From contig JAGONM010000002.1 of the NCBI GenBank assembly GCA_017993055.1, positions 68,821 through 132,820 on the forward strand: a stretch of 64,000 nucleotides of DNA, given 5' to 3'. The notes under the pieces were generated by a model. That model made no database searches. It worked only from the letters and a program-made list of their open reading frames with translations, and had not been told where the DNA came from. The stretch is from Armatimonadota bacterium. Its GTDB lineage: Bacteria > Armatimonadota > UBA5829 > DTJY01. The position numbers were made by a program, and so were the translations under genes. Each line of letters opens with the position of its first letter. The stretch's first letter is position 1. Shown here piece after piece: positions 8,133-16,649 of this stretch.

Positions 8133-11100
8133 CAGCGAGTCACCGCCTCCAGGAGGGCTTCGATTGCGGCCTCCAACTGTTTGTCAGTGAAGTTCCGGAG
8201 CTGGATCGCCTTCGCCGGGCAGGCCGCCGCGCAACTTCCGCAGCCCATGCACTTCGCCGCGACGATCTCCACCCTGTTCTTGCCGTTGACCTCGCTGATC
8301 TCGGGGGCGTCGTAAGGGCAGACCTTCACGCAGGTAAGGCATGAGACGCATTTCCGAACGTCCACGTGGCTCACCTGGCCACCGACGACCATAGTCTTCT
8401 TGCTCAGGATCGTCGCAGCGCGTCCCGCGGCCGCTCGTCCCTGCTGGATGTTCTCCATCGTCGTCTTCGGCGAGTGGGCGCTTCCGCAGAGGAAGATGCC
8501 CTCCGATGCGAAGTCCACCGGCCGAAGCTTCACATGCGCCTCGAGGAAGAACCCGTCCGCGTTGATCGGTATCTTCGCAAGCTCCGAGACGTCCACGTTG
8601 TCGGTCGCGGGCGAAGTGCCTGTCGAGAGAACGAGCAGATCGACCGCCAGGTCCATCGGGACGCCGAGGTCGGGCTCGGTGAACTTGATCCGGAGCGACC
8701 CATCGTTCGAGACCTCGGGCGGCTGCTCGGGATCGTACCGTACGAAGAGCACGCCGAGCTCACGCGCCTTCTGGTAGAGCAGTTCGTTCGATCCGTACGT
8801 CCGCATGTCGCGATAGAGAACGAGTACGTTCGCGCTCGGACTCTGTTCCTTGATGCGGATCGCGTTTCTCACGGCGTCAATGCAGCACATTCGGCTGCAG
8901 AACGGCCGCTCTTCATTGCGGGAGCCGACGCACTGGATCATGGCGACAGTCGGCTTGTCGGACAGCTTGAGATCGCCGGACGCGAGCCTCTTCTCCATCT
9001 CTCGCTGAGTCATTACTCTGGCGTCGTGGCCGTAGAGGTACTCGGTCGGGGCGTACTCCGTGCCGCCGACGGCGACTATCAGGACGCCGTGCTCGACCTT
9101 CTTCGGTCCCTCAGGCGCCTCAATCTCGCTCTCGAACTCCCCGACATGGCCCGAAAGCGTGTCGAGCTTCGACGAGAGATACGTCGAGATCAGCGGATGC
9201 TCCTCGACCATCTTGACCAGTCGTGCGAGCAGTTCCGTCTCCGCGGATCCCTTCAGTCGGCCCCCGAGCGCGTCGGTTTTCTCGACCAGATGCACGCGGA
9301 ATCCCTGATTCGCGAGGGAAATCGCTGCCGTCATTCCGCTCGGGCCGCCTCCGAGAACGAGCGCAGACTGAGTGACCGGCAGCTCCTCGCTCGTGAGCGA
9401 TGTCAATCTCGACGCGCGGGCGACGGCCATTCGCACGAGATCAATGGATTTCTCGGTCGCGGCTTCGGGATCGGCCGAATGCACCCACGAGCATTGGTCG
9501 CGGATGTTCGCCATGTCTACTAGGAACGGGTTCAGGCCGCACTCCCTCGCCGTATCTCGGAAAAGCGCCTCGTGAGTCCTCGGCGTGCAGGACGCGACGA
9601 GCAGGCGGTTGAGGTGATGCTCCTCGATCAATTCCTTGATTCGATCCTGCGTGTTGTCGGCGCAGGCGTAGATCGCGTTCTCGGCATAGGCGACGAACGG
9701 CATGCCTTTCGCCGCCTCGACTACCTTCTCGACATCGACGACCGACGAAATGTTCGTGCCGCAATGGCATATGAACACGCCGATCCTCGGCGGCGCATCG
9801 GCGAAATCGTGTTCGCGCGGATAAGTCTTCTCGACGACCATCGTGCCACGGGCGGGCGCAAGAAGCTCCATCGCCATCGCCGCAGCCGCGCTCGCCTGTG
9901 CGACGGTCTCGGGAATGTCCTTCGGCTCCTGGAACGCGCCGGCGACGAAGACACCGTTCCGAGACGTCGCCACCGTGCCGTCGGTCTGGCAGAATCCGCA
10001 CTCATTGATCTGGACGCCGACCGCGCCCGCGGTCCGGATCGCTTCATCGCTCGGCCTTATGCCGGTCGAGAGCACCACGATGTCGAACTCTTCGTCCACC
10101 GGGACTCCGTCCTTGATGTAGGAGAGCCTGAGCGACTTCGAGCCCGGCATCTCGACGACGCGAGAGACCATGCTCCGCTCGAACCGGACACCGTCGGTCT
10201 TCGCGCGCTCGAAGTATCTGTCGAAATCCTTGCCGTACGCGCGGATATCCGTGTAGAAGATCGTTGCGTCGAGTTCGGGGGAGTGGCTCTTCGCCACGAC
10301 CGATTCCTTGATCGCCGCCATGCAGCAGACCGCCGAGCAGTACGGCTTCTCGCTCGACACATCTCTTGAGCCGACGCACTGAATGAAGGCGATGCGCTTG
10401 GCCTCCTCGCCGTCGGACGGCCTGATCACGTGCCCGCCGAACGGCCCGCTCGCGGAGAGAATGCGCTCGAACTGTACGTTGGTGACGACGTTGGGATACC
10501 TCCCGAAGCCGAACTCGCCGCGCAGTCGAGCGTCGAACTCCTCGTATCCGGGCGACAGGATGACCGCACCGACCTCGATGTCGCGGACGGTGTCCTTCAT
10601 CTCGTGGTTGATCGCTTTGGGCTGGCACGCCTTCACACACTCCATGCACTCGCAGCAGATCCCGCAGGCGAGGCATCTCTCCGCCTCGGCGATCGCATCC
10701 GCGACCGCATAGCCCCTGGCGTGATCGGCCTCGACCCTGACGCTCTTCATGCGCTTCTCGCGGTACTGGGCTCTCTCCAGGTTGCGGTGATCGTCGTCGG
10801 TCCAGATGCGCGAATCGGGCTCGCGCCCCTCGGCGAGGTCTTCACCGTTGATGAACCTGTCTATTGATACGGCCGCCCGGATTCCCGCGCCGACCGCCTC
10901 GCTCAAGGTCCCTGCACCCGCGCACACGTCGCCGCCCGCGAAGATGCCCGGCTTGTTGGTGGCGAGGGTGATCGGGTCGACCTTGAGCAGGCCCCACTTG
11001 TTCAACTCGATCTCCGATCCCTCGCAGAATGCGAGGTCCGGCGTCTGGCCCGTCGCCACGACGGCCTCGTCGAATTCTATCATATGCTCGGAGCCCTCGA

Positions 11101-12517
11101 CGGGCTCGGGCCTTCTGCGGCCGGACGCGTCGCGCTCGTCAGAAAGCTTCATCTTGAGGCATTCGATCCCGGTGAGGACGCCGTCCTTGCCCACGAACCG
11201 CTTTGGGTTCGTGAGGAAGACGAACTTCACGCCCTCTTTGATCGCGTCCTCGACCTCCACCGGGTCGGCGGGCATCTCGCGCTTCGTCCGGCGGTAGACG
11301 ATCGTCACTTCGTTCGCGCCGAGCCGGAGCGCGGTGCGTGCGATATCCATTGCCGCGTTGCCAGCTCCGATGACCGCGACCTTCTTGCCGATCTCGACCT
11401 TCTCGCCGAGGTTGACCTGCTTGATGAACTCGATGCCGGGCCGAACGCCCTTGAGGTCTTCGCCCTCGATGCCGAGCCCCGAACTCTTCTGCGCGCCGAC
11501 TCCGACGAAGACTGCCTCGTAATCCTTCAGCAGGTCGTCGAGGGTCAGCCCGGGCCCGACCGGCGTGTCATACTTCACCTCGACGCCGAGATCGAGGATG
11601 TGGCCAATCTGGTCGTCAAGAATGTCTCTGGGAAGTCGGAAGTCGGGGATGCCGGCCCTCATCATGCCGCCCGGGACCGGAAGCGCCTCGAGGATCGTGA
11701 CGCCGTATCCCTTGCGCGCGAGGTAGTCCGCCGCGCCGAGTCCCGCCGGACCGCATCCGATGATCGCGACCCTCTCGGATCGGCTGACAGGAGCGTTCTC
11801 AGTGGTGCCGGCCGGAGCCTGATCGAGCGCGAACTTCTTCAGCTCGCGGATCGAGACCGGATCGCCGTATCGTCCCTGCTGGCATTCGGCCTCGCACGGG
11901 CGATGGCAGACGTAGCCGCAGATGAGGGGCAGGGGATTATCCTTGCGGATGATCTCCGCCGCCTCAGCGAACTTGCTCTTCGCGATCAACGCTATATACG
12001 CCTGAGCGTTCTGGCCCATTGGACACGCCGACACGCACGGCGGGCGCTTGCGTTTGTCGATGACGTGAGCGTTCGGGACCGCCTGCGCGGTAATCTTGTG
12101 GATCGCGGTCGTTTTGCTCAGCCCGCGGTTGAAGTCGTCCGGCACCATGACGGGGCAGACTTTCTCGCAGTCGCCGCACGCGTTGCACTTCTCGATGTCC
12201 ACGAAGCGGGCCTTCTGCCGCACCTTCACGCGAAACGCACCGGGCTCGCCGCTCATCTCTTCGATCTGTGACTGAGTAAGGATCTCGATGTTCAGATTGC
12301 GAGCTGCCTCGACGAGCTTCGGCGAGACGATGCAGGTGGCGCAGTCCCCGGTCGGGAAGGTCTTGTCGAGTTGCGCCATCTTCCCGCCGATGGTCGGCGA
12401 CTTCTCGACGAGGTAGACCCTGAACCCCGAGTTGGCGAGGTCGAGCGCCGACTGAATCCCGGCGATTCCGCCTCCACACACCATTACTGCGCCAACCGTA
12501 TTCTTGTCCGTACTCAT
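8132..12517 (-). CDS. hdrA: giant HdrA-type flavoprotein fusion: HdrA FAD/Fe-S module + embedded GltD/NfnB-like NAD(P)H-FAD module + second HdrA-type module + C-terminal 2x[4Fe-4S] ferredoxin
   Basis: N-terminal GAVMVCGGGIAGIQSALDLANSGFRVYLVEK (FAD). HdrA inserted Cys motif TFPTGDCATCI. GltD/NfnB-like block (DNPLPLICGYVCHRPCEAEC ... RVAIIGCGPAGLGAADYLARKG ... VAVIGAGNAAMDIAR). Two HdrA signatures FIQCVGSRDVSSEKPYCSAVCCMAA and MIQCVGSRNEERPFCSRMCCIDA. Second FAD fold ALVLGGGPSGMTAAISLANQG. C-terminal CVSCLTCVKVCP / CMGCGSCAAACP. 1461 aa. Confidence 0.85.
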   Translation of the reverse strand: MSTDKNTVGAVMVCGGGIAGIQSALDLANSGFRVYLVEKSPTIGGKMAQLDKTFPTGDCATCIVSPKLVEAARNLNIEILTQSQIEEMSGEPGAFRVKVRQKARFVDIEKCNACGDCEKVCPVMVPDDFNRGLSKTTAIHKITAQAVPNAHVIDKRKRPPCVSACPMGQNAQAYIALIAKSKFAEAAEIIRKDNPLPLICGYVCHRPCEAECQQGRYGDPVSIRELKKFALDQAPAGTTENAPVSRSERVAIIGCGPAGLGAADYLARKGYGVTILEALPVPGGMMRAGIPDFRLPRDILDDQIGHILDLGVEVKYDTPVGPGLTLDDLLKDYEAVFVGVGAQKSSGLGIEGEDLKGVRPGIEFIKQVNLGEKVEIGKKVAVIGAGNAAMDIARTALRLGANEVTIVYRRTKREMPADPVEVEDAIKEGVKFVFLTNPKRFVGKDGVLTGIECLKMKLSDERDASGRRRPEPVEGSEHMIEFDEAVVATGQTPDLAFCEGSEIELNKWGLLKVDPITLATNKPGIFAGGDVCAGAGTLSEAVGAGIRAAVSIDRFINGEDLAEGREPDSRIWTDDDHRNLERAQYREKRMKSVRVEADHARGYAVADAIAEAERCLACGICCECMECVKACQPKAINHEMKDTVRDIEVGAVILSPGYEEFDARLRGEFGFGRYPNVVTNVQFERILSASGPFGGHVIRPSDGEEAKRIAFIQCVGSRDVSSEKPYCSAVCCMAAIKESVVAKSHSPELDATIFYTDIRAYGKDFDRYFERAKTDGVRFERSMVSRVVEMPGSKSLRLSYIKDGVPVDEEFDIVVLSTGIRPSDEAIRTAGAVGVQINECGFCQTDGTVATSRNGVFVAGAFQEPKDIPETVAQASAAAAMAMELLAPARGTMVVEKTYPREHDFADAPPRIGVFICHCGTNISSVVDVEKVVEAAKGMPFVAYAENAIYACADNTQDRIKELIEEHHLNRLLVASCTPRTHEALFRDTARECGLNPFLVDMANIRDQCSWVHSADPEAATEKSIDLVRMAVARASRLTSLTSEELPVTQSALVLGGGPSGMTAAISLANQGFRVHLVEKTDALGGRLKGSAETELLARLVKMVEEHPLISTYLSSKLDTLSGHVGEFESEIEAPEGPKKVEHGVLIVAVGGTEYAPTEYLYGHDARVMTQREMEKRLASGDLKLSDKPTVAMIQCVGSRNEERPFCSRMCCIDAVRNAIRIKEQSPSANVLVLYRDMRTYGSNELLYQKARELGVLFVRYDPEQPPEVSNDGSLRIKFTEPDLGVPMDLAVDLLVLSTGTSPATDNVDVSELAKIPINADGFFLEAHVKLRPVDFASEGIFLCGSAHSPKTTMENIQQGRAAAGRAATILSKKTMVVGGQVSHVDVRKCVSCLTCVKVCPYDAPEISEVNGKNRVEIVAAKCMGCGSCAAACPAKAIQLRNFTDKQLEAAIEALLEAVTR

Positions 12518-12526
12518 ACTCGTACT

Positions 12527-13384
12527 CTACCTCGCCAACACTCTCGACGGGTCCGTCATCAACTTCCCGATTCCCAGCTCGTCGTCGGAGAGTCCGAACG
12601 CGTGCCCCAGAAGCTGGGTGAAGTAGAACACCGGCAGGCCGAACTGCTCGCCGGTCGCCTTTTCGATATCCGACTGCCGCAGATCGAGGTTCGTCTGGCA
12701 GAGCGGGCAGGCCACCGCGATGCAGTCCGCTCCGCTCTCCTTGGCCATCCGCAGGATCTCGCCGCTAAGGCGCTTGACGGTGTCGGTTCGCGTGATAGAG
12801 AAACTCGCGCCGCAGCACTCCGTCTTGTACGGCCATTCGATCGGCTCCGCGCCCGCGGCCTCCAGGAGAATTTCCATCAACTGCGGGTCCTCCGGGTGGT
12901 CGGCGATGCTGAGTTCGCTCGGGCGGGTGAGTAGACAGCCGTAGTAGCATGCGACCCTCATCCCGCCGAGGGAGCGCGTGACCGCGTCCTTGACTTCCTT
13001 GGGGCCGATGTCCTCCAGAAGCACCTGCAGCAGATGCCGCACCCTGACCTTGCCCTCGTACTCGCGCCCGATCGTCTTCGCCACCTCAGCGCGCAGCGAC
13101 TCATCCTCTCTTATCGCAAGGTTCGCCGAAGCGAGCCGTCCGTAGCAGGCCGCGCAGCACACGACTACGTCCTGACCGGCGTCCTCGGCGATCGCCAGGT
13201 TTCGGGCTGGAAGCGACGCCGCCAGCAGAGGATCCGTGGCATGAGCCGGAGACGATCCACAGCACGTCCAGCCGGGAATCTCCTCGAGCCTGACTCCGAG
13301 CGCCTTGGCGACTGCGAGTGTCGAGGCCTGGAAGTCCGAAGCCGTCGATTCGAGCGAGCATCCCGGGAAGAAGGAGTATTTCAT
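12527..13384 (-). CDS. hdrB: heterodisulfide reductase subunit B-like (two CCG domains)
   Basis: CCG-domain Cys signatures WTCCGSS, VVVCCAACYG, CYYGCLLTRP, ECCGASFS, ACPLCQTNLD. 285 aa. Confidence 0.85.
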   Translation of the reverse strand: MKYSFFPGCSLESTASDFQASTLAVAKALGVRLEEIPGWTCCGSSPAHATDPLLAASLPARNLAIAEDAGQDVVVCCAACYGRLASANLAIREDESLRAEVAKTIGREYEGKVRVRHLLQVLLEDIGPKEVKDAVTRSLGGMRVACYYGCLLTRPSELSIADHPEDPQLMEILLEAAGAEPIEWPYKTECCGASFSITRTDTVKRLSGEILRMAKESGADCIAVACPLCQTNLDLRQSDIEKATGEQFGLPVFYFTQLLGHAFGLSDDELGIGKLMTDPSRVLAR

Positions 13385-13944
13385 CGCCGTGCCCTCCTTG
13401 CGTTCCGGACTCTCTCAAAGATCGAGGCCACCGCGCCGCGTCCCTCGGTCGATGGCGGGAGAAGCTTCATCTTGCCCTTCAGCAACATCGACGGGAACTT
13501 GGCGAGATCGCTCCAGAAGTCTCTCGCCCGGAGCTTGTATACGGCCATGAGCCCGAGTTCATACGACCGGCCGAACCGCTTCACCGAGCCGAGCATCGTC
13601 TCGTTGAAGATCTTCACGCGTTCCAGGTCGCCGGGCGCCGACTCCGCCATCGAGCGCAGAGCATCCACCAGGGCAGGGGTATCAACCTGCATCGGGCAGC
13701 GCGACACGCAGGTGTTGCACGATATGCACGCCCAGATCGCCTTGCTCTCGAGGATCTGCTTCTTCATCCCCAGCGCGGCCATCCGGTTGAGCTGATGCGG
13801 AAGGATATCCGTCTCTTGGCGCATCGTGCAGCCCGACGAGCATCTTCGGCACTGCAGGCAGAGCGTCAGGTTCAGCCGCCCTTCAGGGTCGACCTCCCTG
13901 AGCAGGCCATTGTCTATCCTCTCAATGGTGATTGTCTTACTCAT
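13381..13944 (-). CDS. hdrC: heterodisulfide reductase subunit C-like (2x[4Fe-4S] ferredoxin)
   Basis: CLQCRRCSSGCTM and CISCNTCVSRCPM motifs. Start refined to ATG at 13944 (MSKTITIE...), which overlaps the upstream gene stop by ATGA. The longer track ORF would run 111 nt into the upstream CDS. Confidence 0.75.
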   Translation of the reverse strand: MSKTITIERIDNGLLREVDPEGRLNLTLCLQCRRCSSGCTMRQETDILPHQLNRMAALGMKKQILESKAIWACISCNTCVSRCPMQVDTPALVDALRSMAESAPGDLERVKIFNETMLGSVKRFGRSYELGLMAVYKLRARDFWSDLAKFPSMLLKGKMKLLPPSTEGRGAVASIFERVRNARRARR

Positions 13945-16558
13945 CTGATCCCTTACCAGCGTTCGAATCATCGTCCACGTGGCCGACGACCCCGACCTTC
14001 GACGCCGGAGCGACCTTTCGGTAGACCTTCGCCGGCTCGCGAAGTTCTCCGTCAACCGTCAGCAGCCGGGAGACCGGGATGCCGAAGAGTTGCTCGTTGT
14101 CCTCGAGATACGGCAGGATCAGCTTCCAGTCCGCATCTGACAACTCGCGGTACTCGCCGCCGTTGAGCTGTTCGTCGTCGCACAGCCGATGCGGGTCTCG
14201 GACGTAGATCGCTCCACCCGAGGCCAGCGAGAACAGGTTCGAGCCGGAGTACGGCGTCTCCAGGTCGGTGACGTTGCCGTCATCATCGAACTTGATGCCG
14301 TTCAGTATGACGAACCCCCCGCCCGTGAGCGGATCGCCCGCCATGAATGATTCCGCCAGGAAGTCGAGGCATGTGCCGTTGATGACCGCTTTCGGCCGTC
14401 CCACGCCGTTGATCAACGGTCGTCCGGCGGCGTTGCCCTTGACGAAGACCTTGCCGCCCTTCGCGCCGTACATGAACGTCTGGCCGACGTCGCCGTGGAT
14501 CACGAGGCGGCCTTCCTTGATGATCTGGCCGACCTGGTCTTGGGCGTTCCCATGAACGATGACCGTCATGCCGTCGAGGCCCGAGCCTAGGTAGTCGCCG
14601 GTGCTCCCGTAGGCGTCTATGGTGACATCGTGCGTCGCCGGGCCGAACCCGCAGCCGAGGAACCTCTGCCCCACGTAGCCGTGGCAGATGAACCGCTTCC
14701 ATCCCAGTTCCTCAGCTCTGACCACCAGCCGGGAGTCGCAGTCGTCGCCCTCGGGCGGGAAGTCGTGCGCGTTCACGACGAGCACTTCCTCCGGGCCAGT
14801 GGGGGCGCGGAGCGCATCCCTGGTCTCCCAGTCGATGCGCGCATATACTGAAGAGGGTTCTCCGGCGATAGACGGCATGGACTCGAAGACCGCTCTCAGG
14901 CATCCGTTCAGCAGCTGGAGGATCGTGCTTCGCTTGGTCGTTCCGGTCGGATACCGGCGGTCGATCAAGAGAGTCAGTCCGTTGATCGCGGCCGTGCGCT
15001 CGGAGTCAGTCATCGGACCGGCGGCCAACTCGGAGCACAGGCTCACCAATCCCTTCATCTCCGCCGTCAGAGCCGCCGACTTCCCGGCCTCGAAAAGCGC
15101 GAATCCGGTCTCATCAGCAAGAATCTCGGCGGTCGCGTGTCCCAGTCTGCAATCCGCGATCTGCAGTCTGCAGTCCGGCCTCTCGCCCGCCTTGACTGTC
15201 TTCTGCCTTCCAAACTTATCCACGCAGGAGAGCTTGTAGCCGCCGTTGCCGTCCGGACTCACGTTGAAGATGAACGATCCGCCGTCGGTGTAGCTTCCTC
15301 CGCGGGCGTTCCAGTACTCATCGGCGACCGTGCAGAACCGACTGTCTTCCTTCGCCAGGCTCGCGAGTGTGGCGTCGATGGCTTGCTTTTCGCTGCAGAC
15401 AAGGCCGATCTGCACCTCGCCGTCCTGGATCGCGAACACCTGAGGCCGAAGCATCGCCGTGTCCGTGATGCCTAGGAGTTGGAACGCATCGTTCGCCGCG
15501 TCGTTGCGTGCAATGATGAAGAACCACGGACCGTCCGGCGAGCCGTGGATGTGGCTCGTCTGGATGCGGTGGTACGGGTCCTTCTTCGCTTCGGGCAGCA
15601 TATCGAAGTCGCGCTCCATCGTAGGCGCAAGGCCCTCGATGATGTACTCCAGCGGGTACTTGTACACACGGTTCCAGAGGTCAAACACGAGGATCGAGAC
15701 CTCGGTGTCCGTCAGGAAGAGCGGCCTGATGTTCCTCTGAGCCAAGTACTCGGTTACCGAATAGTAGTTCGCGAAGTCGCCGTTGTGGACCAGCGCCTCG
15801 TTCAGCCCGCAGAACGGGTGAGCGCCGCCGGGATGCCAGACTCGACCGCGAGTCGGGTATCGCTGGTGGGCGATCCAGACGTGCGCCTTGAAATCCTCGA
15901 GCTTGTAGTATGTGACGATCTGCTCGGCATAGCCGACGATCTTGAGGATCAGCATGTTCCGTCCCTGCGAGAGGACGAAAGCCTGCTTGTCACCGAGCGA
16001 TGCGTAGTACTTCGAGTTGAGCTCGAACGAGTTCTGGTTGACGAACTCATCCTCGATGTCTCGTGCCGGCAGTCCGGCCAGGCCGCGCTCGTCGGCAAAC
16101 TTCTTGATGGCATCGGGCTTCGCGCGCACGAAGTACTGCATGACGTCCGGCGGCTGGACCTCCATGCCCGGGATATCGTGGAAATCCTCGATTCGCGGGA
16201 TCATCTGCGCGTGGTCGACGTTGAACATCGGGTTGATGAACTCGGCTTCGACGGCGTTACGGCAGGCAGGATCGAGAAGTGCGATCTGCAGGATGTAGTC
16301 ATCCCGCAGAATCTCTTTCGAGACCCCAAGCCGCTCGGCATCGAGCCCGACGGCCGCGATGCCTCCGCCCTTACCGTTGCCGCGGTTGTGCATCTGGACA
16401 GACGGCTCGTAGATGTGCCTGCCGCTTACCGGGATGCTGCACGCGAACCCGGTGACCCCGCAGCCGCCTTCCTCCTCGGTGTGAGGAGGCTGCTGGCATT
16501 TCCATCCGTCCATCATCCAGCGTCGGCTCTCTAAGATTCTCTTCGCGAAATCGTTCAT
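13937..16558 (-). CDS. glutamate-synthase-like fusion: N-terminal class-II glutamine amidotransferase domain (GltB1-type) + C-terminal GXGXG domain (GltB3-type)
   Basis: N-terminal GGCGVTGFAC (Ntn Cys) ... HQRYPTRG ... LVHNGDFANY are GATase-2 motifs. C-terminal GCGFGPATHDVTIDAYGSTGDYLGSGLDGMTVIVHGNAQDQVGQIIKEGRLVIHGDVGQTFMYGAKGGKVFVKGNAAGRPL is the glutamate-synthase GXGXG domain. 873 aa. Confidence 0.75.
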   Translation of the reverse strand: MNDFAKRILESRRWMMDGWKCQQPPHTEEEGGCGVTGFACSIPVSGRHIYEPSVQMHNRGNGKGGGIAAVGLDAERLGVSKEILRDDYILQIALLDPACRNAVEAEFINPMFNVDHAQMIPRIEDFHDIPGMEVQPPDVMQYFVRAKPDAIKKFADERGLAGLPARDIEDEFVNQNSFELNSKYYASLGDKQAFVLSQGRNMLILKIVGYAEQIVTYYKLEDFKAHVWIAHQRYPTRGRVWHPGGAHPFCGLNEALVHNGDFANYYSVTEYLAQRNIRPLFLTDTEVSILVFDLWNRVYKYPLEYIIEGLAPTMERDFDMLPEAKKDPYHRIQTSHIHGSPDGPWFFIIARNDAANDAFQLLGITDTAMLRPQVFAIQDGEVQIGLVCSEKQAIDATLASLAKEDSRFCTVADEYWNARGGSYTDGGSFIFNVSPDGNGGYKLSCVDKFGRQKTVKAGERPDCRLQIADCRLGHATAEILADETGFALFEAGKSAALTAEMKGLVSLCSELAAGPMTDSERTAAINGLTLLIDRRYPTGTTKRSTILQLLNGCLRAVFESMPSIAGEPSSVYARIDWETRDALRAPTGPEEVLVVNAHDFPPEGDDCDSRLVVRAEELGWKRFICHGYVGQRFLGCGFGPATHDVTIDAYGSTGDYLGSGLDGMTVIVHGNAQDQVGQIIKEGRLVIHGDVGQTFMYGAKGGKVFVKGNAAGRPLINGVGRPKAVINGTCLDFLAESFMAGDPLTGGGFVILNGIKFDDDGNVTDLETPYSGSNLFSLASGGAIYVRDPHRLCDDEQLNGGEYRELSDADWKLILPYLEDNEQLFGIPVSRLLTVDGELREPAKVYRKVAPASKVGVVGHVDDDSNAGKGSDE

Positions 16559-16583
16559 GTTATCTCACTACGACCGTCGTGCC

Positions 16584-16634
16584 GAACTTGGTTCAGCATC
16601 CACGGGATTGATCCTGAGTCAAGTTCAGGATGAC
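16584..16634. repeat. two copies of the GAACTTGGTTCAGCAT / CAAGTTCAGGATGAC palindromic motif family in the gltB2-gltB1/3 junction
   Basis: 16584-16599 GAACTTGGTTCAGCAT is identical over 16 nt to the reverse complement of the 7677-7699 element. 16611-16634 ATCCTGAGTCAAGTTCAGGATGAC contains CAAGTTCAGGATGAC, versus CAAGTTCAGCATGAC at 7688-7702. Both sit in a 91-nt gap between translationally uncoupled genes of the same operon. Confidence 0.6.
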
Positions 16635-16649
16635 GGTCCTTGCCGTTCG

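Noticed and set aside
8366-9523. 385-aa + strand ORF (and several 100-260 aa ORFs) inside the hdrA fusion gene
   Set aside because: Arg-rich, no domain, opposite strand of a gene with many diagnostic Cys/FAD motifs. Treated as artefacts.
13945-14055. 111-nt N-terminal extension of hdrC in the track ORF
   Set aside because: It would overlap the 3' end of the GltB1/3 gene by more than 100 nt. The ATG at 13944 gives the classic ATGA coupling and a normal HdrC N-terminus.
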